A stretch of 59,331 bases of DNA from Patescibacteria group bacterium. GTDB lineage: Bacteria; Patescibacteriota; Microgenomatia; PFEM01; JAHIFH01. The notes beneath the pieces are model-generated. The model did no database searches. It worked only from the letters and a program-made list of their open reading frames with translations, and had not been told where the DNA came from. The stretch lies in assembly GCA_035529375.1 (NCBI GenBank), contig DATKWU010000004.1:1-59331 (forward strand), given 5' to 3'. This document shows, piece by piece, positions 47,606-54,385 of this stretch (position 1 is the stretch's first letter; each line of letters starts with the position of its first letter). The position numbers were made by a program, and so were the translations under genes.

Positions 47606-48681
47606 ACAAGCGTTTCTTTGAGTTTGATTGGGCTTTGCTTTTTATAATTTTGATTTTATTAACAATCGGTCTAGTAACGATTAGTAGTCTAGATAGAAAT
47701 CTTTTTTTCCAACAATTTTTCCACTTTCTAATTGGTTTACTCTTTTTTATTCTCTTCAGCAAGATTGACTATCATCTCTACCAGCGCTATAAATGGTGGC
47801 TTTTTATTGGTGCCCTAGTTTTTCTTTCCTCAACCTTTGTTTTTGGCGCCGTGACTCGAGGCTCAATCCGTTGGATAAGAATCTTTGGTCTCACTCTCCA
47901 ACCTTCAGAGTTAATCAAGCCTTTGCTGGTTGTCTTTTTTGCTTCTCTGTTTTTTGAACTCAAAAAACTTTCTTTGACTAATTTGCTTAAAGCTGGTGGC
48001 CTGATTATGATACCTGTTTTGCTGATTTTTCTTCAGCCTGATCTCAGTAGTAGTTTGGTTGTTTTGACCGCTTGGCTAGGAATTGTTTTAGCTACAGGGA
48101 TTTCCTGGAAAATTGTTGTTAGTTCCTTTGTCTTTTTCTTAGCTGGCCTACCGATTAGCTGGCGCCTCTTAAAACCCTATCAACAACAACGAATTTTTAG
48201 TTTTTTGAATCCCTTGGCTGATCCCTTGGGCGCTGGCTATAATTTAATTCAATCAGTGGTGGCGGTTGGTTCCGGCCAGCTTTTAGGCAGGGGACTAGGC
48301 AAGGGGACCCAAGCCCAACTAATGTTTTTACCAGAAAGACACAGTGATTTCATCTTTGCCACCATTGCCGAAGAATTTGGTTTTTTAGGCAGTTTTTTCC
48401 TGATTGTTTTAATTGGTTTTTTGTTTTGGCGACTCCTTGAGATTGCTCGTTCAACGCGTGATGGCTTAGGTTTCCTTATTTCTTTAGGCATCTTTACTCT
48501 TTTGGTTAGCCAAACCTTAATCAATATTGGCATGAACCTAGGTTTATTGCCGATTACCGGTGTTACCCTGCCTTTGGTTTCCTATGGAGGCAGTTCTCTG
48601 GTTGCCAGCCTGATCAGCTTAGGAATCATCAATAATATTGCTATCCAGAAAAAAAGAAACCAGGCCCTTGAAATTAAGTAG
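47602..48681 (+). CDS. rodA: SEDS protein RodA
   Basis: GSIRW, LQPSELIK, LQPDLSS, GKGTQAQL.FLPERHSDF, LPLVSYGGSS. Confidence 0.9.
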   Translation: MNKRFFEFDWALLFIILILLTIGLVTISSLDRNLFFQQFFHFLIGLLFFILFSKIDYHLYQRYKWWLFIGALVFLSSTFVFGAVTRGSIRWIRIFGLTLQPSELIKPLLVVFFASLFFELKKLSLTNLLKAGGLIMIPVLLIFLQPDLSSSLVVLTAWLGIVLATGISWKIVVSSFVFFLAGLPISWRLLKPYQQQRIFSFLNPLADPLGAGYNLIQSVVAVGSGQLLGRGLGKGTQAQLMFLPERHSDFIFATIAEEFGFLGSFFLIVLIGFLFWRLLEIARSTRDGLGFLISLGIFTLLVSQTLINIGMNLGLLPITGVTLPLVSYGGSSLVASLISLGIINNIAIQKKRNQALEIK

Positions 48682-48704
48682 GAGTTGAATTAAAATTAGA
48701 AGTC

Positions 48705-49037
48705 ATGAAATATGCTGTTATCGAGATAAATAATCGCCAACACAAAGTCACTGAAGGTGAAGAATTGGCGGTTGACAAACTTGAAGGTAAAAAAGGAGAA
48801 AAATTAACTTTTGATAAGGTCTTGCTTTTAATTGATGAGAAAAAAAGGTTTATAGGCCAGCCTCTAGTCAAGGGAGCTAAAGTGACAGCCGAAATCATTG
48901 AGCAATTCAAAGACAAAAAGATTAGAGTGGCCACCTACAAAGCTAAATCAAGATACAGAAAAGTAAAAGGTCACCGATCTCAACTAACTAAAATAAAGAT
49001 AAACAAGATTAGTCTTTCTAAATCTTCTTCAAAATAA
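48705..49037 (+). CDS. rplU: 50S ribosomal protein L21
   Basis: MKYAVIE...QHKV.EG, KSRYRKVKGHRS.LT.IKI. Confidence 0.97.
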   Translation: MKYAVIEINNRQHKVTEGEELAVDKLEGKKGEKLTFDKVLLLIDEKKRFIGQPLVKGAKVTAEIIEQFKDKKIRVATYKAKSRYRKVKGHRSQLTKIKINKISLSKSSSK

Positions 49038-49048
49038 AAACCTCATAT

Positions 49049-49077
49049 TTGACGCTATAGGATTATTGTGGTATCCT
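49049..49077 (+). promoter_or_regulatory. Sigma70 promoter TTGACG-17-TATCCT
   Basis: ttgacg 49049-49054, tatcct 49072-49077. Confidence 0.6.
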
Positions 49078-49117
49078 CTTTGACAAGAATCATTACGCAT
49101 GAGAAGAGGAGGTCGAA

Positions 49118-49366
49118 GTGAGAGAAGGAGAATTTGAAGGGAGGCGCCAAGATCTAATAGTTATCCCTACCCAAGAAAGCGTGGCCTCAGGGATGCTATA
49201 CGGTTGTCTAACAAGCGCCAACTTTCGAGAGAAGAGAGGCCTTGTCATTCGAGCTGATGAGCTCGAAGTGACAATCCGGGTTCCGGAAGGCCAGGAATAC
49301 GAAGAAGTTAAGGCATGGGTCAAGAAGAAAGGTAGTGAGCGCAGTCTCATCATTCGGATCACCTAA
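49118..49366 (+). CDS. 82-aa orphan protein
   Basis: GTG start after SD gaggagg; own promoter and terminator. Confidence 0.7.
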   Translation: MREGEFEGRRQDLIVIPTQESVASGMLYGCLTSANFREKRGLVIRADELEVTIRVPEGQEYEEVKAWVKKKGSERSLIIRIT

Positions 49367-49382
49367 TCCATCTTCTTGGCCG

Positions 49383-49420
49383 AAACTGGCTCTTGTTATT
49401 CATAGGCACGAGCCAGTTTT
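49383..49420 (+). terminator. Terminator hairpin, 10-bp stem, 17-nt loop
   Basis: aaactggctc / gagccagttt followed by a T-rich tract. Confidence 0.75.
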
Positions 49421-49583
49421 CTTTTCCCCAAATAAAAACTCGCCTCTAATTAAAAGCTACTTTTAACTTTAAGCGAGTTTACTAGCACATTTTTCTCCTA
49501 CAACGCTTAGAGAAAGAATCGAAAAATTTCAATCCTTTCTGAAAAGGTTGTAGGATTTGAAATGAAAGAAAGAGGAGGGGGTT

Positions 49584-49603
49584 AGTAGTCATCGTTGACT
49601 ACT
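49584..49603 (-). terminator. Hairpin at the 3' end of the Arg-rich gene
   Basis: agtagtca-tcgt-tgactact. Confidence 0.6.
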
Positions 49604-49615
49604 GCTTCCCGATTT

Positions 49616-49876
49616 CTAGTAGGAGTGCCTTAGTTGGCGTAATACCTGTTCGTCTCTATCTCTTGCTTTTCTTGGCCTTCCTGTTTGTCTTCTTCGTCCT
49701 TTCTTCGTTGTTTCCTTTTCTGCTACCCTTTTCAGAGCCATTTTGTGGGCCCGTTGCATGTGTGCGTGGAGTACCCTCGGCGTACCTGTTGGTCTGCAAG
49801 AGTTGGATCGCCTTTCCGAGGCAATCCTCTTGCTTCTGCTCCTATTATATCTCGAACCAGATCTTGGTCTTGCCAT
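49616..49876 (-). CDS. 86-aa Arg/Lys-rich basic orphan protein
   Basis: 21 Arg + 7 Lys; purine-rich SD region (aaaggaagggga) before ATG; downstream hairpin. Confidence 0.6.
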   Translation of the reverse strand: MARPRSGSRYNRSRSKRIASERRSNSCRPTGTPRVLHAHMQRAHKMALKRVAEKETTKKGRRRQTGRPRKARDRDEQVLRQLRHSY

Positions 49877-49969
49877 TTCCCCTTCCTTTCTTCCTTCCTG
49901 TTATGTGCGAGATTTCTATTTTTGTTTATATCAAATTATGGGACTAAAAAGCAAGTACATTTTATAGGA

Positions 49970-49998
49970 TTGATTTGAACCCCTTTTTTTGCTATATT
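49970..49998 (+). promoter_or_regulatory. Sigma70 promoter TTGATT-17-TATATT with TG extension
   Basis: ttgatt 49970-49975; tgctatatt 49990-49998. Confidence 0.6.
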
Positions 49999-50036
49999 TC
50001 CTAACTAAGAGAGGGAGTAAAGTCAAGGAGGGAAGA

Positions 50037-50390
50037 GTGGGTAGTCAAGAGGTCTTCAAGGACTCTTTCTGTAAGAGTCGTCAAGTGGCTGAGGAAATCA
50101 TGTCAGACTTTGCCGCGAGGGCATTCGACTATAAGGGAGCAGAGCTTGTAGTCAAGTTTGAGATGAGGATGAGAATGAGGATGGATTTGGCCATTCGAAG
50201 GGTATCTACGCAGTCTGAGAAGTTGGGATATCTTTTTGGCTATATCAAGGCCGTGAATGGTCTCTTTGAGATAGCGAATAAGAGGCCGAACGCTAACGCG
50301 AACGAGTTGTCTGAAGAATTCAGGAACCTTTTAGCTGTAGCTCAAATACAGCTTCCTGAATATTCATTTTCGGATTCCTTTCTGGAATAG
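50037..50390 (+). CDS. 117-aa helical orphan protein
   Basis: Start reassigned to GTG 50037 after SD aaggagg. Confidence 0.7.
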   Translation: MGSQEVFKDSFCKSRQVAEEIMSDFAARAFDYKGAELVVKFEMRMRMRMDLAIRRVSTQSEKLGYLFGYIKAVNGLFEIANKRPNANANELSEEFRNLLAVAQIQLPEYSFSDSFLE

Positions 50391-50474
50391 AAGCATTTAC
50401 TCCCTCTCTCATCCTCTCTTATTCTTCGTGTAAATATTGACAAGTGTGAAAAAATTTGTTACTTTGATTAGACA

Positions 50475-50723
50475 ATGGCAAAAACTAAAGCTGGTGGCAG
50501 TAAAGCGAGTCAACTATCACCCCGGCCTGGTAAAAGGTTAGGAGTGAAAATTTTTGGTGGCCAGGCAGTCAAGGCTGGTAATATTATTATTCGCCAGCGA
50601 GGAACTAAGTTCCATCCTGGTTCTGGTGTGGGGATTGGCCGAGATCATACCCTTTTTGCTCTTAAAGACGGCATGGTTGAATTTATTAAAAGACAAGGCA
50701 GAAAACTAATCACTGTTTCTTAA
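50475..50723 (+). CDS. rpmA: 50S ribosomal protein L27
   Basis: [47 protein letters not shown]. Confidence 0.97.
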   Translation: MAKTKAGGSKASQLSPRPGKRLGVKIFGGQAVKAGNIIIRQRGTKFHPGSGVGIGRDHTLFALKDGMVEFIKRQGRKLITVS

Positions 50724-50728
50724 AAAAA

Positions 50729-51559
50729 ATGGCTAAACAGATTGTTGATATTAATATAAACGAGCTTCAATCAAACCCCCTTCAGCCGCGAGGTGTGGTT
50801 ACTCCCGAGTCCTTAGTTGATTTAATTGAGTCGATTAAGGAACATGGTATTCTTGAACCTTTGGTGATTGCCAAAACTCCGGCTGGCTATCAAATTATTG
50901 CTGGTGAACGTCGCTGGCGGGCGGCTAAATCGGCTGGTTTGGCGACAGTGCCGGTCATCATTAAAGAAACCTCGCCTCGGGGAATGTTAGAAATGGCTTT
51001 GGTGGAAAATGTTCAGCGGGAAGATTTGAATGCTCTTGATCGGGCCAAAGCTTTTATTAGGCTAATTGAAGAGTTTGGTTTAACCAACAAAGAAATATCT
51101 AAGAGAATTAGTAAAAGCTCTGCTTACATTTCCAATTCGATCAAATTGCTTTCTTTACCTGATGCTCTCAAGGATGGTCTTTTGTCTGGTTTGATTACTG
51201 AAGGTCATGCTCGGGCTTTATCCTCAATTGACGATACTAAATTAATGATTGAGGCCTACAAAATTATTCTTCGTGAATCTGGTTCAGTCCGGAGAGCTGA
51301 AGAAGTGGCTCGGCGAATTAAGAAAAAAGGTAAACAGCCTTCTAAAACAAAGACGGCGGAGAGACCTCTAATCGTTTCTGAAGAGACAGATAAAGTTCAG
51401 GAAGATCTTCATCGGGCTCTTGGTGGTGAAGAAGATGTCCATGTCAAGTTAACTCGTTCTCGCGCCCAAACCAAACTCTACATTGTTCTCAAAGGCAACA
51501 CGAAAAAGACAGAAGATAAACTTCAGAAGATTTACCGCGGGATTACCAAAGCAAACTAA
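50729..51559 (+). CDS. parB: ParB/Spo0J partition protein
   Basis: NPLQPR, SIKEHGILEPL, IIAGERRWRAA, ALVENVQREDLN, HTH. Confidence 0.95.
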   Translation: MAKQIVDININELQSNPLQPRGVVTPESLVDLIESIKEHGILEPLVIAKTPAGYQIIAGERRWRAAKSAGLATVPVIIKETSPRGMLEMALVENVQREDLNALDRAKAFIRLIEEFGLTNKEISKRISKSSAYISNSIKLLSLPDALKDGLLSGLITEGHARALSSIDDTKLMIEAYKIILRESGSVRRAEEVARRIKKKGKQPSKTKTAERPLIVSEETDKVQEDLHRALGGEEDVHVKLTRSRAQTKLYIVLKGNTKKTEDKLQKIYRGITKAN

Positions 51560-52113
51560 TAGTCAACCCTTCTAATAATTCCAACTCTGTCAACCGGCCA
51601 GTAACGAAGCCAAACTTTACCGACAATATTCTTTTCTGGAACCGTCCCCCAATCTCGAGAGTCTGAACTGTAGGGCCGATTATCACCAGAAACAAAGTAT
51701 TGATTTTCATCAAGAGTAATACTTTGACCTGATTGCCAGAAGTGACCAGCGCTGGTGCAAAGATTTTCAGGTAAATACTCTTCTTCTAAAATCTGGCCAT
51801 TGACAAGAATATGACAATTTTCTACCTTAATGCTGTCTCCGGGCAGACCAGTAATTCTTTTAATGTAATCATATTTTTCATTCCCTGGAGCCTTAAAAAC
51901 AATTATATCACCCCTTTTGGGTTCGCTTAATTGATAAGTGATTTTATCAGTTAAAAGATATTCTTGATCCTGAAAATTAGGATACATAGAATTACCTCTG
52001 ACTTGATGGGGTTGAAAAAGAAAGAGATACATCAAAACGAAGATTGCCAGAGCAATTACAAAAGTTTCAACGATATCGAGAAAGAAGCCACCAATCTTCC
52101 TGAAAAAAACCAT
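51556..52113 (-). CDS. lepB: Signal peptidase I
   Basis: GNSMYPN, YIKRITGLPGD, GDNRPYSSDSRDWG; start 52113 or 52122. Confidence 0.95.
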   Translation of the reverse strand: MVFFRKIGGFFLDIVETFVIALAIFVLMYLFLFQPHQVRGNSMYPNFQDQEYLLTDKITYQLSEPKRGDIIVFKAPGNEKYDYIKRITGLPGDSIKVENCHILVNGQILEEEYLPENLCTSAGHFWQSGQSITLDENQYFVSGDNRPYSSDSRDWGTVPEKNIVGKVWLRYWPVDRVGIIRRVDY

Positions 52114-52178
52114 ATGAAACAATATTATTCTTCTTTAAATTGTCTGTAAAGCCTGAATTTGCTAAAATCAAGAGTGAT

Positions 52179-52252
52179 GGGTGATTAGCTCAGTTGGTTA
52201 GAGCGCTTCGTTCACATCGAAGAGGTCGCAGGTTCGAATCCTGCATCACCCA
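52179..52252 (+). tRNA. tRNA-Val (anticodon CAC), CCA not encoded
   Basis: Acceptor gggtgat/atcaccc, D-arm tagctcagttggttagagc, anticodon arm cttcg-ttCACat-cgaag, T-arm gcaggttcgaatcctgc; discriminator A followed by CTA. Confidence 0.95.
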
Positions 52253-52294
52253 CTAATTTATTTCTCTAGTTAATAATTAATTATGGAAGGAAGG

Positions 52295-52470
52295 GGGGGG
52301 AAAGATCTGGGAGGGAGGAGAAGGTTCTGTGTGGTGATGAACGTCAGGATTTGATTCGCACCCAAGACCAAGCACCGGGGGCACAGGACCAAACAAGAGT
52401 CCCGTTCCTCCTTGCGATGAACAGCAAGGAAACGAACCTCCTCACACGGACCCTCCCAGATTTCAAACTA
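52295..52470 (-). ncRNA. Candidate structured ncRNA (or micro-ORF mRNA), unassigned family
   Basis: 11-bp end pairing 52305-52315/52451-52461, internal stems, no long ORF; minus-strand promoter TTGACT-18-TACAAT at 52579-52550. Confidence 0.4.
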
Positions 52471-52594
52471 TCTTATAGGCAACCTCCTTTCGCATCGAGC
52501 CAAAGGAACCGCTTTGATTCCTGGAGATTGACTAGTTGTCAAGGATTTCATTGTAGCAAATGGAAATTAGAGAAGTCAAGGCAGAAACTCTAGA

Positions 52595-52644
52595 GGGGAC
52601 ATCATGGGCTGTTCTGGCGGCTGAAAGTGCCACATTTTGTCCCC
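52595..52644 (-). repeat. 3' structured repeat of cassette A (terminator-like)
   Basis: ggggaca...tgtcccc outer stem with internal tgttctggcggc and tgccac; similar copy at 53220-53267. Confidence 0.8.
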
Positions 52645-52664
52645 CCTTTTTTGTTTGCCTATTC

Positions 52665-53096
52665 CTAAGTACCCGTGTAGAGGGCATAGCTATTCTTTGC
52701 CATGATGATAGTACCCATCCCTACCGAGAGACTCAGGATGAAGCCAGTTGAGTATGTTGGAAGGAAAGCAGCGATGACAACCCCAGAGACAAAACCCAGG
52801 ATTATCAGTATGATCGAGATGGCGGCCAAGATGAGGACTAGGAGACAGCCTTCTTCTTCATGCTTTCCAGTGTCCAGGTAGATCATTAGGGTCCAGACCA
52901 GATAGCCTAGAGGGATATGCACCCCCCAGAACATTCCGATCCGGAACGTTCTCTCCTGCCATTCTCCAAGGGCAGCTGAACCCGCGAAGAGAGCGAGGAG
53001 AAGAAAGATGATAGAGCAGAAGACCATCGAGATGCGCCATTCCCATCTATGCGATTCTACTATCCGAAGCTGTTCATGCAGACTCCATTTGCTCAT
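52665..53096 (-). CDS. 4-TM orphan membrane protein, paralog 1
   Basis: SD aggagg; motif FxxGxxxGxxxPxGxxV shared with paralogs 2 and 3. Confidence 0.8.
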   Translation of the reverse strand: MSKWSLHEQLRIVESHRWEWRISMVFCSIIFLLLALFAGSAALGEWQERTFRIGMFWGVHIPLGYLVWTLMIYLDTGKHEEEGCLLVLILAAISIILIILGFVSGVVIAAFLPTYSTGFILSLSVGMGTIIMAKNSYALYTGT

Positions 53097-53115
53097 CCTA
53101 CCTTCCTCCTATCTC

Positions 53116-53175
53116 AATGTGCCACCAGAACAAATTAAGTATATTTAAAAAAGACTTCTAAGTCAATATTATGGG
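53116..53175 (-). repeat. 60-bp promoter/leader repeat, copy A (TTGACT-17-TATACT + leader)
   Basis: 57/60 identical to 54237-54296. Confidence 0.92.
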
Positions 53176-53219
53176 AATATAGATTAAGAATTTATTAATA
53201 TTAATTTGAAGTGTTAGAA

Positions 53220-53267
53220 GGGGACATTGCGTTGTTTTGGTGGCGAGAGCTGCCACGCTTTGTCCCC
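53220..53267 (-). repeat. 3' structured repeat of cassette B
   Basis: ggggaca...tgtcccc with internal ttgttttggtggc and tgccac. Confidence 0.8.
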
Positions 53268-53284
53268 TCCTTGTTTGTTGGCTG

Positions 53285-53695
53285 TCAGCCTTTATTGAGA
53301 ACATTAGAAAACTCAATGATCATTAAACCTCCTGCGATACTGACGGCGTACCCCCAAAGCATTATTCTTGGGGCTACCAGTATTAGGACGAAGCCAATCG
53401 GTATACCAGCTATGATCATTCCCAGGCTGCCGAAACAGACAAAACAGCCAAGGAACCAGCGAAAGGTGTTGTCTGGGTTTTTTATCGGTGCTATCGCATT
53501 GAATATGATATAGACAAATCTTCCCGCTGGAGAGATTGTTCCGACCATTACACCGGCCAGGAACAAGTTACTCATACCTTCTTGTATCTCCTTTGGTATT
53601 CCTAAAAATAAAAGGAGAGTTACAAGAACGACAACAAAGCAGTAATAGATTCTCTTGGCCCTTCTCTCTAGTCTATCTACATCTTCTTTTTTCAT
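53285..53695 (-). CDS. 4-TM orphan membrane protein, paralog 2
   Basis: Start reassigned to ATG 53695 (MKKEDV) after ggaga; shared motif. Confidence 0.8.
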   Translation of the reverse strand: MKKEDVDRLERRAKRIYYCFVVVLVTLLLFLGIPKEIQEGMSNLFLAGVMVGTISPAGRFVYIIFNAIAPIKNPDNTFRWFLGCFVCFGSLGMIIAGIPIGFVLILVAPRIMLWGYAVSIAGGLMIIEFSNVLNKG

Positions 53696-53723
53696 GGTCT
53701 TCTCCGATCTCAAAACATCATGT

Positions 53724-54194
53724 CTAGTCTTCCTTACATTTATGAGGGTCATCCTGAGAGAGCTGATATAAGCTATAGCTACCCCTTGCCATTTCGATGA
53801 TCCCTACCCCTAGTGAGAGGGTAAAGATATAGCCAATAAGGCTCATTTTTGATTGAAACAAAAGAGGTAGGCCGATTCCAAAGATTGGTCCTAGAGCTAT
53901 TATAATTATCCCAACTATGAGAATAAGGAATGGGTCTGAAACCTTCCCTCTTAGGAATAGGGCTATGTTACAGACCAGAAAGCCGGTGGGAGTGACTAAC
54001 CCCACTAGCATTCCCCCTAGAAATGAACTTTCTTGCAGGCATTCGGGGTAGTTAGCCATAAATGTGAGGAAAGCGACTAGAAGGAACAGGACAGAATAGA
54101 AGACAACTACAATGTTTTGCTCCTGTTTTTCATCCCTCATCTCTCTTTTGAGGATCCGATAGCGATCTTTCAATTTCAGATTCTTGACGGACAT
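53724..54194 (-). CDS. 4-TM orphan membrane protein, paralog 3
   Basis: SD taaggag; shared motif; C-terminal MARGSYSLY matches MAKNSYALY of paralog 1. Confidence 0.8.
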   Translation of the reverse strand: MSVKNLKLKDRYRILKREMRDEKQEQNIVVVFYSVLFLLVAFLTFMANYPECLQESSFLGGMLVGLVTPTGFLVCNIALFLRGKVSDPFLILIVGIIIIALGPIFGIGLPLLFQSKMSLIGYIFTLSLGVGIIEMARGSYSLYQLSQDDPHKCKED

Positions 54195-54236
54195 CGGTTT
54201 CTCTCCTTATTGTCAGGTATCAGGTATTAACAAGTG

Positions 54237-54296
54237 AATGTGCCACCAAAACAAACTAAGTATATTTAAAAGAGACTTCTAAGTCAATATTATGGG
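54237..54296 (-). repeat. 60-bp promoter/leader repeat, copy B
   Basis: See 53116-53175. Confidence 0.92.
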
Positions 54297-54385
54297 TAAT
54301 ATTTGATTTGTTAAATATGGCTCTATTTGATAAAATTTAAACAGGTACGGATATAGTTTAGATGGACAGAGGGCAGGAGGAAAGA

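Noticed and set aside
990-48934. Many 60-130-aa track ORFs antisense or out of frame within long genes (e.g. 990-1241, 2262-2543, 3374-3757, 30437-30781, 42611-42988, 43904-44293)
   Set aside because: Fully nested in well-supported conserved genes, with no initiation signals or motifs.
49663-49978. Three plus-strand Phe/Leu-rich ORFs (49663, 49685, 49743)
   Set aside because: Antisense shadows of the purine-rich Arg-rich gene; no SD or promoter.
52106-52121. parS-like tgtttcatatgg near parB
   Set aside because: Only the left half matches TGTTTCACGTGAAACA, and it is not palindromic.
7655-54247. TGGCAC words (7655-7660 and, on the minus strand, 52628-52633, 53119-53124, 54240-54245) as sigma-54 promoters
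   Set aside because: None has TTGC at the required -12 position; they lie downstream of sigma70 boxes or in 3' elements.
52595-54296. Repeats as a CRISPR array or DGR template/variable repeats
   Set aside because: Only two copies, separated by whole genes; no spacer periodicity, no adenine-specific mismatch pattern, no cas or reverse-transcriptase gene.
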